Positions 12,014 through 23,850 are shown, counted from the first letter of the stretch. The stretch is 64,000 bases of DNA from Octopus vulgaris (GCA_951406725.2 OX597831.1:26412001-26476000); one strand, 5' to 3'. Translations and numbers: made by a program. The notes: a model not told the origin generated them from the letters alone.

Positions 12014-12301
12014 TACAGTTCTATATTCAAGAGACGATGAATTAAGTACATTATTTACATTCAAAGGATATTTGTCCTCATCTTGTTTGTTGCTAACAAC
12101 GTTTTGACTGATATACCGTCCAGCCTTCTTCAGGTGTCTTGGGGAAATTACCTTAAGAATGAGAACCCAGGTTCAAAATTCCCCTACCTTAGGAATGAGA
12201 ACCCAGATTCGAAATTTCCCCAAGACACCTGAAGAAGGCTGGAGGGTATATCAGCCGAAACATTGTGTTAACAACAAACAAGATGAGGACCAATATCCGT
12301 C
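12014..12301. mobile_element. Head-to-head inverted pair of the hammerhead-containing element also found at 48740-48912
   Basis: 12014-12149 is the reverse complement of the 3' part of the 48.8 kb element; 12149-12301 is forward; arms pair with each other. Confidence 0.8.
12225..12268 (+). ncRNA. Minimal type-I hammerhead ribozyme motif (Penelope-associated type)
   Basis: acac-CTGAAGA-a-ggctg(10 nt)cagcc-GAAA-ca-TT-gtgt: stems I and II pair and core boxes are present. Confidence 0.65.
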
Positions 12302-12797
12302 ATCATCATCATCATCATCATCACCATCGTTTAACGTCCGTTTTCCGCGCTAGCACAAGTTGGACGGTTCGACCAGGGTCTGGGAAGCCAGGGGCTGCTC
12401 CAGGCTCCAGTCTGATCTGGCAGAGTTTCTACGGCTGGATGCCCTTCCTAACGCCAACCACTCCGCGAGTGTAGTGGGTGCTTTTTACGTGCCACCTGCA
12501 CAGGCGCCAGGGGGGGGGGTGTCCGGCATCGGCCACGATCGGTTGGAGCTTTTAACGTGCCAGTGGCATGGTAGCCAGCCAAGGCAGCGCTGGCAACGTT
12601 CGGATGGTGCTTTTTATGTGCCACCGGCACAGGAGCCAGTCGGGGCGGCGCTGGCATCGGCCACGTTCGAATGGTGCTTTTTATGTGCCACCGGCACAGA
12701 AGCCAGTCAGGGCGGCGCTGGCATCGGCCACGTTCGAATGGTGCTTTTTATGTGCCACCGGCACAGAAGCCAGTCGGGGCGGTGCTGGCATCGGCCG
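12300..12797 (-). mobile_element. SINE-like family C copy with tandem 67-bp 5' repeats
   Basis: gtgctttttatgtgccaccggcac recurs at 12607, 12674 and 12741. Confidence 0.85.
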
Positions 12798-13779
12798 AAT
12801 GAAAATAATCTAAATAAAGAGAAGAAGCTTGAACATGCTTTCAAGGTGGGCTACAAACAAACAGCCCCGTTTGTATAAACAGCGAGACTTTTTGTTTACA
12901 ATCAGCTGAATAATTCACGTGTTTATATTTGTAGTATTCAAATGACTGAAACATAGATTTACAAAATTGTCTGTTTGCTTTTGTCAACAACCATCTAACC
13001 TTAGACAGGCTGTTATCAAATGACATCATCATTTGGAATAATCAACAGATGAGCCATGTCATTCGTCAGACAAAACACGCCTACATCATCAACTTTTCTA
13101 ATCAACTAGTCCACCTATTTCGTAAACAAGTATGCCTACAGCATCACATTTCAGAACAATCAACTGATACAACAGCTATTCATCCACCCAGATACACTAG
13201 CATCATCATCATCTTTCATACAATCAGCTAGTGTGCCTAATTCTTCAATAGACGTGTTTTCATTATCACCATTCAGACCAATTAGTGACTTTTACTGATG
13301 CTATATTAATAAGAGTCATTCTTAAAAAGAATTATTGCAGGGGAACTCAACAGAAATTGTTAGTAATTATTCTCAAGTATGCAGCCGAGCCAGAGTGGCA
13401 AAACTGATCAACACAGCCTGAAGATACAGTACCCAGTCAAAGTACTGTTGTACACAGTTTTTCTAGCAGTAATTGTGGAAGTATTACAAAAGATATTGTA
13501 AGTAACCACACAGTAGACCAACTAAAAAATCTGAAATTCAGACAAAGCCATTACAAACAACTCAGGCACTACCAGTCTGCTTCCAACTATCAGAGCTGTG
13601 GCCAAACCCACAGAAGAACTAAGCTGCCTTTTACCAATAGCTAAGACAGATAGCTCTTTCCTAACCCAAAATTTCTGTCAATGGTATAGAGCTGCTTTGC
13701 CAGAACTATTGTACTAAACATACATACATGTTCTATTGGTTTCTTTGTTGTTGACACACAAAAGTGTGTATGTGTAGAG

Positions 13780-13998
13780 CAGTGGTTTTCAACCAGGGTT
13801 CCGCAGAACCTTAGGGTTCTGCCAGTACAGTCTAGGGGTTCCGCAAGAAGTTACAAAACTGCTAAAATCAGCAGTAATTTTTAATTCTCCTGTGCAGATA
13901 TGTGTGCATAAGACTATTAAATCATTACACAGGGGTTCCTCGAGCCAGTGGAATGTTTCCTTGGGGTTCCGCTCCAGCAAAAAGTCTGAAAAGCACTG
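13780..13998. mobile_element. hAT (Charlie-like) MITE
   Basis: TIRs cagtggttttca / tgaaaagcactg; perfect 8-bp TSD gtgtagag; empty-site copy at 9687-9694. Confidence 0.92.
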
Positions 13999-14128
13999 GT
14001 GTAGAGTATAAAATTCATCAACAAAACTTACAGAACATTATTTCCTACCTCTTTTCTGTATGTATTATATTTGTATATCATTTTCTTTACACCACAATCA
14101 AAAGCCTTGTATCATATCATATATCATG

Positions 14129-14675
14129 CCTGTCACAAGGGAGAGGGTGCACTAGACAGCACTGCCCCTTCACTATTCAATGGGGCACTCTCAGATTTAC
14201 AGCGATATACTTATTTTGAAACTCCACTTCAGCATTATTACAAATTAGTGGCCCACTTAGCACTGTGCAGCCACCTGCCCGACAAAGGACATACTCAGCC
14301 GACAGCACCACACGCTTTGCGGCTCCACAATCATTTCATTTTCTCTCTCTGTCTTCCTTTCTTCCTCTTGAGTATTTGCTACTACTACCAAGATCTGCAC
14401 CTGTGGTCGGCTTCACCTGGGCTCACACCAGCGGCTTCCATGCATGCTATGGTGCCCTCTTACTCAACCAGGCATCAGAAAGTCACCTCGCCAGTGATCA
14501 CTCAACCTGTCACCCGGCTGGTCTGACATTGATCACTCGCTCCAGTGCCATCCATTTTGGGGGCTGGTCTATCTTGCCCTATGGTTTACAACAGACACTC
14601 CGCTTTAGCATTATTACAAATTAGTGCCCACCCAGAATGTTCTGAAGCACCCCTGGGCACCAAAGTCTGGTGACG
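14129..14675. mobile_element. GC-rich insert, possibly a solo LTR
   Basis: tgtcac...gtgacg termini, composition shift, internal duplication 14221-14255 / 14597-14630. Confidence 0.35.
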
Positions 14676-14727
14676 CGTTGTATCATGCATACTATTTATA
14701 ATAGTTTGTTATAGTTTGTCATATCTA

Positions 14728-15025
14728 TTCAGCTCACAATCGTAAGGTTGTGAGTTCAGTTCTCAGCGACACATTGTGCTCCTTGAGCAAGGCACTTTAT
14801 TTCATGTTACTCCAGTCCACTCAGCAGGCAAAAATTGAGTTGTATCTATATTTCAAAGGGCCAGCCTTGTCACACACAGTGTCACACTGAATCTTCCTGA
14901 GAACTATGTTATAGGTACATGTGTTTGTTGCATGCTCATCCACATGCATGTAAATTTCACGAGCAGGTTGTTTCATTGGTCAGATCAGCTGGAACCCTCA
15001 TTGTCATAACCAATGAGGTGCCAGT
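14728..15025 (+). mobile_element. tRNA-derived SINE family D, degraded
   Basis: ccttgagcaaggcactttatttcatgttactccagtccactcagc core shared with 17367-17702. Confidence 0.75.
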
Positions 15026-16931
15026 TAGTTAGACAATGCTCATATTATCCTGCAGTTTTGTTCATAATTCTCGTTATATTCATCTCAGTATTTCTGGATT
15101 CATTGCTCATCAGTAAGATGTACTGAATACATTTGAATTTTGATTATCTTTTAAGTAGGCACAGGTAGAGCTGTAGGTTCAGACATAGCTGTGTGGTCTT
15201 GGGTTCAGTCCCACCATGTGGAACCTTGGGAAAAGGTCTTCTATTATAGCTCTGGGCCAACCAAAGATTTGTGAGTGGATCTGGTAGTCAGAAAGTCAAA
15301 AAAGTCAATCATACATGTGTGTGTGTGTGTGTGTGTGTGTATACACTCCTGTCTAGTCATCATGTGATGGTTACAAATCCACATCATCTTCATCATTTCC
15401 ATCATGTTTTTCATTTCCAGTCTCCCATAGGGAAATTTAACCATGCTTTGAAATAGATGAAAGTTGGCATCAGGAAGATTATCAGGCAGTGAAAAAAACT
15501 TGCCTCTGGTCAATGCAAGCATGACAATGTGAACATTAAATAAAGATATGTTTTTACCTTTCTCTCAGAAACATGTATAATTTTTAAATAAAACTGGTTT
15601 GTAGTAAACTTTTAGTTAATTCAAACATGTCATTTGTACATAAGATATAATTTCATTTGCTTCTAATTCTACAAGCAAATTCAAATGAAAATTACATTGA
15701 ATTTTTAAAAAGTATGGATAATATTACATAAAGATAACATTTAATATTGTTTCTATGGGGCAGAATGTTCAGAAGTATTTTGTGCATCTTTACGTTCTGA
15801 GTTCAAATGCTGTTGAGATCATCTTTCATTTTTTCAGGGTTAAAAAGTACCAGTTGAGCATTTGGGGTAATGTAATCAACATAAACCCCGCCAAAAAAAA
15901 TTAATAAATAAATAAATTGCTGGATTTGTGCCAAAATTTCAAATCAGTATTGTTTCTAGGGATTCTGAATTTTAATGGGGATGTGAAAAAGTACAAATAT
16001 TACAGCCATTCTAGTTGATTAGCTATATTTGGACAATTAAAATTTGGCAATTTTAATTGACAATAACAGTTTAGCATTTCACTTTATTTTTCTCATTTAT
16101 TCTAATATTGGTTTCAAATTTTGGCAGAAGACCAGTGATTTTAAGGGAGGGGGACAAGTCAATTACACCAACCCCAATGAATAACTGGTATAAAGGATGA
16201 ATAACTGAATAAAGGATGAAAGGCAAAACCAAACCCCAGCAAAATTTAATCTCAGAAAGATAGGATAGACAACATACCACTAAGCATTGTGCCCAACATG
16301 ATACCAACTCTGCCAATTCATCTATTCTAATATTAACAAAGAGTATCTATTACACAATACTTTCTTAAACTATTTCTTTCTCTTTTTTTCCTGCAGCACT
16401 TACTGTATTATTTATGCTTATCCAGCTTAGTTATTAAAGCCAGTAACCTCTCACAAATTCTCTATCTTGCCCTATGGTTTACAACAGACAAAATCTGGTC
16501 TGAGATGATATTTGCTGCCATTTAAATGTCCATCAGTGTTGGAACCTCTATATTCAAAGGTCATCTCTATTTCCATCTATAACAGACTCAGTTTGTTGTA
16601 CATGGAAAGTTGCTTTTTATCTCAAATTTGTTGTTTGAAAAACTTTTAATAAAACACAGACCTTTACTTTAAAGTTGTTATATTGTTTAATCATCATCAA
16701 CATTTAACGTCTGTTTTCCATGCTGGTATGAGTTGAACAGCTTGACAGGAACTAGTAAGGCTAGGAGACGCACCAGGTTCCATATTCTGTTTTGGCTTGG
16801 ATTCTATGGTAGAATGGCCTTCCTAACACCAACCATTTTACAGAGTGTATATATATATATATATATATATATTTTCGTAATGAGAAAAAATTCCATGGCT
16901 GTGTAGATTTTAGAACATTTATAAATAGAAG

Positions 16932-16979
16932 GTCTTACAGCTGTTTCTAGGATATTTATTATATCCCTTCATCGGAGAC
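16932..16979 (-). ncRNA. Minimal type-I hammerhead, CCGAUGA variant
   Basis: Minus strand gtct-CCGATGA-agggatat-aataa-atatccta-GAAAC-agct-GTA-agac. Confidence 0.7.
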
Positions 16980-17076
16980 GGTGTGAGAAGTCAGTTAAGC
17001 AATAGTTAATTTAGATAAGATACGAAATAGAGAGTGGTCATCTAAATTAACTATTGCTTAACCATCTTCTCACACC

Positions 17077-17124
17077 GTCTCTGATGAAGGGATATAATAA
17101 ATATACTAGAAACAGCTGTAAGAC
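17077..17124 (+). ncRNA. Minimal type-I hammerhead ribozyme
   Basis: gtct-CTGATGA-agggatat-aataa-atatacta-GAAAC-agct-GTA-agac; stem I gtct/agac; palindromic acagctgt stem III. Confidence 0.8.
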
Positions 17125-17366
17125 CTTCTATTTATATATGTTCTAAAATCTATACAGCCTTGGGTTTTTTTCTCAATACAAAAAAATATTTTTTATATAC
17201 ACACACTGATATATGACCTAAGATGGACCCATTATTCACATAATCACCAAATCTGGAACTTAACTATGGTCTATCCATAGCACTTATTCAGCATTACCTG
17301 ACACCTTTGTGTCTCACTGACACCATTACCTCTCATAACCTATATATATATGTATATATATATATA

Positions 17367-17702
17367 AGGTAAAGACCCCCTTCGGTCATGAATGACCATG
17401 GGATTGCACCTAGAAAGTTACCCTCCTAGACACAAGTCTGGGCAAGGTTGTTTATGGAAGACCAGCAGTCGCCCATGTATACCAGCCTCCCCTCTCCACG
17501 CCACCAGTGTTATCCAAAGGAAAGACAAAGGTTGATACAGCTTGGCACCAGTGACGTCGCAACCCATTTCTACAGCTGAGTGAACTGGAGCAACGTGAAA
17601 TAAAGTGCCTTGCTCAAGAACACAACACGCAGCCCGGTCCGGGATTCGAGCTCACAACCTCACGATCGTAAGCTCGATGCTCTAACCACTGAGCCATGCG
17701 CC
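17367..17702 (-). mobile_element. tRNA-derived SINE family D, full length, in (TA)n
   Basis: Minus strand ggcgcatggctcagtggttagagc (A box)...gctcgaatccc (B box); related copy at 21055-21357. Confidence 0.9.
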
Positions 17703-17862
17703 ATATATATATATATATATATAGAATAGGAAGAGTTTAGGCCACTAGTGATCTAAACTAATAGGTATGCTGTCTGAGTGCTCCCATTGATAAGCTACTA
17801 GGATTCAAGTTCAAAATGAGTGCTGGAGTTGGGTATCCAAAGCCTACTTTCGAGTCAACAGG

Positions 17863-18119
17863 TATAAATTAAAGGAAGAGGGAAACAAAATCAAGGCAGG
17901 ACAAGCTTATCAGTTCATTTAAATTATTTCAATGGTGAATCAAAGTAAGAAAAAGTAAATAATAGTGTCTTACAGCTGTTTCTGAGATATCCCATCCCAG
18001 AAACAGCTGTAAGACACTATTATTTACTTTTTCTTACTTCGGTTCACCATTAAAATAATTTAAATGAACTGATAAGCTTGTCCTGCCTTGATTTTGCTTC
18101 CCTCTTCCTTTAATTTATA
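17863..18119. repeat. Fold-back palindrome (~125-bp arms) centred on a hammerhead stem II remnant
   Basis: Arms are reverse complements; each has gaaacagctgtaagac, identical to the 3' half of the 17077 HHR. Confidence 0.9.
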
Positions 18120-18357
18120 TATATATATGCATTATATATGTATACATTATATATATATATACAATATATATATATATATGTATACATTATATATATATAC
18201 ATATATATATATATATGTATACATTATATATATATACACATATGTATATACACACATATATATATACACACATATATATATACACATATATATATATATA
18301 CAAACACATATATATATATATACACACACATATAGACACACACACATATATATATAT

Positions 18358-18710
18358 CTTTTACCTTTTACTTGTATCAGTCATGTGACTGCAGCCATGC
18401 TGGTGCACTGCCCTGAATTTTAAGCTGCATGAATCGACCCAATACATTTATTTTTTAAGCCTGGCCTCTTTTGCAGAACCACCAAGTTATGGGGATGCAA
18501 GTGGTGGTGGGAGGTGGGGGACAAACACAGATGCAAAGGTACTCACACACACACACATATATATATGATGGGCTTCTTTCAGTTTCCATCTACCAAATCC
18601 ACTCACAAGGCTTTGATCGGCACAAGGCTATAGTAGAAAACAGTCATGCAGTGGGACTGAATCCTGAACCATGTGACTGGGAAGCAAGCTTCTTACCACA
18701 CAGCCACACT
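18358..18710 (-). mobile_element. SINE family A copy, degraded
   Basis: Reverse-complement similarity to family A head and tail. Confidence 0.8.
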
Positions 18711-18738
18711 TAAATATATATATATACTAAATATGTAA

Positions 18739-19133
18739 CTAGCACTATTGCCCGGCGTTGCTCGGGTTTGTTTCGACCCTTTAGAATTGGAATTTTTGAA
18801 AAGTAAAACATTTTGCATTATGTAGCTTGTTATTCTCTTTAAGTGAACATTTTCCTGGTTGAAATGCACCGAAAAATGGCGACACAGCAGTCAAAAAATT
18901 GTAAAAAAAATAGGGATTTTCATAGAAAAAAAGCACCTTTTTGATGTAAATAATTTTTGGTGTTAACATGGTCCAATTTAAATTTTATCTTCTATGGAAG
19001 GAAGAGCAAGCCTTCTTCTATCATACTCTCAATTTTGGTCAACTTGCACCGCAGGGTCTTGGAGGAGATAGTGTTAGTTGAAGGCTACCAAACCTGCCAC
19101 ACACAGACAACTTCAGCTTTATATATATATAGA
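18739..19133 (-). mobile_element. Non-autonomous Helitron
   Basis: Minus strand begins TC(tatatatataaagc) and ends with hairpin cccgagcaacgccggg then CTAG, between A and T. Confidence 0.85.
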
Positions 19134-19954
19134 TATAGATTACATGGACAGTCCTATCATTTAATTACTAGGGTTTTTTTTTTCAGTACTATAGCAATCA
19201 GATGTAAGCAGTAAATTAGCAAATGTTGACCAGGTATACCAGGTACTGCCACTGCCTATGATTATTGTTAATTGAAATGTGATAATCACATGCAGATAAT
19301 AAAATATTCCTGAGTTAATATCAACTACTTCATGGATGGTGATCATAAGATTTGGAAATTAAGAACAGAAATCATAATAATTACTGGAACAATTGTGGAA
19401 ACTAATGACTGTAAAGAAAATTGATGAAAATATTCAATATGTTAATGGAGTAAAACTAATATCAAATGAGTGAGACACCAATTGGAAACAGGTATATAGC
19501 ATTCATATTTAATATCATTAAGTCTACTGTAGTGGAACTGACAGAAAATAGACAATTGCAACATCTGTTCTATTGTTACTATGAAAGAGAGAGAGAGAGG
19601 AAGAGATAGTAATGACAAATACAATTTGACATATGGCGGTCCAGGACCATAAGTGGAAGATAAAAGATTGATGTGACAGAAGTAATAATTACAATTTCGT
19701 TTCACATCTTTTCATGCCAAGAGAGTATCTTTAAGAAATTAAAACTGTTGCTAGAATTGTTCAAAGATAGTGATTGGAGCTAAAACTTAAGGAGGGAGAG
19801 AGAGACAGATAGACAAGAACACAGAGAGATGAACGGGCTATTGAAACTTTAACAGTTTTCAAATGTTTAACCCATTGGTTCTCAACTGGGGTCCATATGT
19901 TGAAATTTTGTTATTGAAATTTATGTGCACTATTTTCTACAATACACAAAATAT

Positions 19955-20845
19955 TTAATCCTTTCACTACCAGCCCAGCCCATCTGAAACTGCTTCTGGC
20001 TCTGTAGAACAAATGTCTTGTTTTTATAAGTTTTGAATTAAAATCTTCCACCAAACTTTAGTCACAATTTATGTCCCTAACACTAGCTGAATGATAACTA
20101 AGTTATTTTACTAAATTCTTTGTTATATTTAAAATCAATTGAAAGAAACGTAAAGCATCTCAATAGAAATATGATAACAAAAGGGTTAACAAATGATTAA
20201 TTTAACCCTTTCGATACCAACCCATCTGAAACTGCTTCTGGCTCTGTAGTACAAATGTTTTGTTTCCATAAGTTTTGAATTAAAATCTTCCACTAAACCT
20301 TAGTCACAATTTATGTTCCTAATGCTAGCTGAATGATAACTAAGTTATTTTACTAAATTCTTTGTTATATTTAAAGTAATTGAAAGAAACACAGAGCATC
20401 TCAAAAAAAAAAAATACAATAACGAAAGGCACAGGAGTGGCTGTGTGGTAAGTAGCCTGTTTACCAGCCACATGGTTCCGGGTTCAGTCCCACTGCGTGG
20501 CATCTTGGGCAAGTGTCTTCTACTATAGCCTCGGGCCGACCAAAGCCTTGTGAGTGGATTTGGTAGACGGAAACTGAAAGAAGCCCGTCGTGTATATGTA
20601 TATATATATGTGCGTGTGTGTGTTTGTGTGTCTGTGTTTATCCCCCTAGCATTGCTTGACAACCGATGCTGGTGTGTTTATGTCCCCGTTACTTAGCGGT
20701 ATGGCAAAAGAGACCGATAAAAAAAAGTACTGGGCTTACAAAAGAATAAGTCCCTGGGTCGAGTTGCTCGATTAAAGGCGGTGCTCCAGCCTGGCCACAG
20801 TCAAATGACAGAAACAAGTAAAAGAGTAAAGAGAGAAAGGGTTAA
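19955..20845. mobile_element. Two tandem TTAA/piggyBac-like MITEs (ttaaccctttcg...aaagggttaa); the second carries a SINE A at 20428-20833
   Basis: 19955-20189 and 20202-20427 are near-identical; TTAA-CCCT ends; related copies at 21477-22409, 25537-26110. Confidence 0.8.
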
Positions 20846-21060
20846 ACATTCCTAATAATATTATTTAATCATTAAAAAAAGTCCCCCTAAACGATAAAAT
20901 CATTCCTAAACATTAAAAAAAGTCCCCCTAAAACATTCCTAATAATATTATTAATCATTAAAAAATGTCCCCCTAAACGTTAAAAATCATTCCTAAACAT
21001 TAAAAAAAGTCCCCCTAAAACATTCCTAATAATATTATTAATCATTAAAAAAAGTCCCCC
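20846..21060. repeat. Complex tandem duplication (~100-bp period)
   Basis: cattcctaataatatta..aatcattaaaaaaagtccccc recurs three times, with sub-units. Confidence 0.85.
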
Positions 21061-21357
21061 TTCAGTCATGAACAACCATGGGATTGCACCTAGAATGTTA
21101 ACCTCCAAGGCAGAAATCCAAGCAAGGTTGTGTATGGAAGACCAGCAGTCACCCATGCACACCAGCCTCCCCTCTCCATGCCACCGATGTTATCCAAGGG
21201 AAAGGCAAAGGCTGATACAGCTTGGCACCAATGATGTCACAACTCATTTCTACAGATAAGTGAACTGGAACATAACACACAGCACTATCCTGGAATCGAA
21301 CTCACTACCTCATGATTGTCAGCCTGACACTATAACGACTGAGCCTTGCGCCTTCAC
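21055..21357 (-). mobile_element. SINE family D copy
   Basis: Aligns with 17375-17702. Confidence 0.85.
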
Positions 21358-21669
21358 ATTTAATCAATAATAATAATAATATATAATCATAAAAATATGT
21401 TTATAACAGTCCCCCTACCTGAGCAATATAGGAATCAAAAGGATCCATAGGCAAATAATGGTTGAGAACAACTAGTTTAACCCTTTCAAAATCAACCCAT
21501 CTGAGACAGCTCCTGATTCTATATGATACACGCTTCTAGTTTTAAACTGATCTAAATTAAAATCTTCCATCAAATTCCTCATTATGTGCCAGCCAAATGC
21601 CAGCTTGATAATCACAAAGTTATTTTACTAAATTCTCCATTATTTTCAAAGTTAATTGAAATAAAGCCA

Positions 21670-22097
21670 GGCGCAGGAGTGGCTGTGTGGTAAGTAGCTT
21701 GCTAACCAACCACATGGTTCCGGGTTCAGTCCCACTGCGTGCGTGGCATCTTGGGCAAGTGTCTTCTGCTATAGCCCCGGGCCGACCAATGCCTTGTGAG
21801 TGGATTTGGTAGACGGAAACTGAAAGAAGCCTGTCGTTATATATGTATATATATATATATGTATGTATGTGTGTGTTTGTGTGTCTGTGTTTGTACCCCT
21901 AGCATTGCTTGACAACCGATGCTGGTGTGTTTATGTCCCCGTAACTTAGCGGTTCGGCAAAAGAGACCGATAGAATAAGTACTGGGCTTACAAAGAATAA
22001 GTCCCGGGGTCGATTTGCTCAACTAAAGGCGGTGCTCCAGCATGGCCGCAGTCAAATGACTGAAACAAGTAAAAGAGTAAAAAGAGAGTAAAGAGAG
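21670..22097 (+). mobile_element. SINE family A, full length, young
   Basis: ggcgcaggagtggctgtgtggtaag head, ggttcagtccc B box, aaagagt tail. Confidence 0.93.
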
Positions 22098-22509
22098 TAT
22101 GTTAATGAAGAAAAAAAAACTGGAACTCAATCGGTTACAACAGTGAGTATTCCAGTTCAGCTGATTAATGAAAGAGCGTGTATCCTTTATGTAGTTCTCA
22201 GGGAGATTCAGTATGACAGAGAATGTGAAGAGGTTGGCCTTTTGTATTACATGCACAACTTATTTACGCTTAGCTGAGCAGACTGGAGCAAAAGTGTCTT
22301 GCCTGAGCACACAACTCACCACCAGGAATTGAACTCACAACTTAGGATTGTGAGCTGAATACCGCTAACTACTAAGCCACATATCTTCATACAGTAACAA
22401 AAGGGTAAAATATTAGTAATTTAAGTGAAAATAGTTACAGGTTGATGTGTTCTTAGTGCAGTGATGAATGTTTTGTGGATACTGGTAGGTTTTAATTTTG
22501 TTTGAGACT

Positions 22510-23212
22510 AAGGTGGCAAGCTGTCAGAAACGTTAGCATGCTGGGCGAAATGCTTAGTGGTATTTCATCTGCCACTATGGTACAATCCATCTAACAAGCT
22601 TCTATATAGTTTCCATCTACCCAACTTCAAATTTCGCCGAGGTCGACTTTGCCTTTCATCCTTTCCGGGGTCGATAAATTAAGTACCAGTTACGCACTGG
22701 GGTCGATGTAATCGACTTAATCCCTTTGTCTGTCCTTGTTTCTCCCCTCTATGTTTAGCCCCTTGTGGGCAATAAAGAAATAAGAAACATTAGCATGCCA
22801 GGCAAAATGCTTAGCTATATTTCGTCTGTCTTTATATTCTGAGTTCAAATTCCGCTGAGGTCGACTTTGCCTTTCATCCTTTTGAGGTTGATAAATTAAG
22901 TAACAGCTGCATACTGGGGTCAATCTAATCGACTGGTCCCCTCCGCAAAAGTTTTGGACCTTGTGCCTAGAGCAGAAAAGGTTATTATTACTACACGAAG
23001 GCGTCGAGCTGGCAGTAATGTTAGCACACCAGGCAAAATACTTAGCTGTATTTCGTCTGTCTTCACATTCTGAGTTCAAATTCCACCGAGGTCGACTTTG
23101 CCTTTCATCCATTCGAGATCAATAAATTAGGTACCAGTTGCATACTGGAGTCAATCTAATCAACTGACCTCCTCCCTCAAAATTTCAGACCTTGTGCCTA
23201 GAGAATAAAAGA
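22510..23212 (+). mobile_element. Three consecutive family B SINE copies
   Basis: gaggtcgactttgcctttcatcc at ~22638, ~22857, ~23088. Confidence 0.88.
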
Positions 23213-23278
23213 ACATTGTATGAGATTAATCTAAAATAGATAAGTAGTCCAATTAGAATTATAAATATTTATCTAGAG

Positions 23279-23509
23279 CAGTGATTCTCAAACATTTTTG
23301 CGTTTGGAGCCTTTTGAATCCCATTTTACTCAGGGGTTGGGACCCTCATGTTATATTTCTATGATTAAATATTATTAGGAATTGTATTTAAAAAAAATGT
23401 TTAAATATTGTGTATTGTAGAAACATAACCAATTACTTGCACATAAACTTTAGCAAAAAAATTTCTATGGACCCCTAAGGGTCATATGGACTCCAGTTGA
23501 GAACCACTG
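23279..23509. mobile_element. hAT MITE
   Basis: TIRs cagtgattctcaa / ttgagaaccactg; left flank atctagag (Charlie-type target), right flank degenerate. Confidence 0.8.
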
Positions 23510-23544
23510 ATCAAATGTAATGCCAAAATCCCTTGTTAGTGGAA

Positions 23545-23850
23545 TCATCATCATCATTGTTTTAACATCCTCCTTCCATGCTGGCATAGGTTGGATAGAT
23601 TCACAGGAGCCAGCCAGGCAGAAGCCTTAATCATGCTTCTTTGTCTGTTTGGGCAGGCGTTTTACAGCTGGATGCCCTTCCTAACACCAACCATTCTGCA
23701 GAGTAGGCTGAGTGCTTTTTATGTGGTACTAGCGCAGGCAAGGTCAGTTTCGGAATGTTTTTTACAGCTGGATGCCCTTCCAAATGCCAACCATTTTACA
23801 GTGTGGACTGGATGCTTTTTAAGTGGCACCAGCACTGGCAGGGTCACCAA
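23545..23850 (-). mobile_element. Older family C-related element with internal duplication
   Basis: tttacagctggatgcccttcc occurs twice; (cat)n tail. Confidence 0.7.

Larger units (their letters stand above)
16871..17188. repeat. Fold-back palindrome (~145-bp arms, 23-nt loop) carrying one hammerhead per arm, next to (TA)n
   Basis: 16871-17016 is the reverse complement of 17040-17188 with few mismatches. Confidence 0.92.
19873..21474. mobile_element. hAT MITE expanded by nested insertions
   Basis: TIRs cattggttctcaac / gttgagaacaacta; 8-bp TSD gtttaacc (19865-19872 / 21475-21482); ends related to 23279-23509. Confidence 0.8.

Noticed and set aside
12360-12878. 172-aa ORF and similar ones at 2341, 23719 and 27901
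   Set aside because: They lie within family C/B SINE sequence and GC-rich tandem repeats.
20846-21060. CRISPR-like repeat/spacer appearance (also 9318-9450 and 13024-13290)
   Set aside because: Eukaryotic context, no unique spacers and no cas genes; ordinary tandem duplications.
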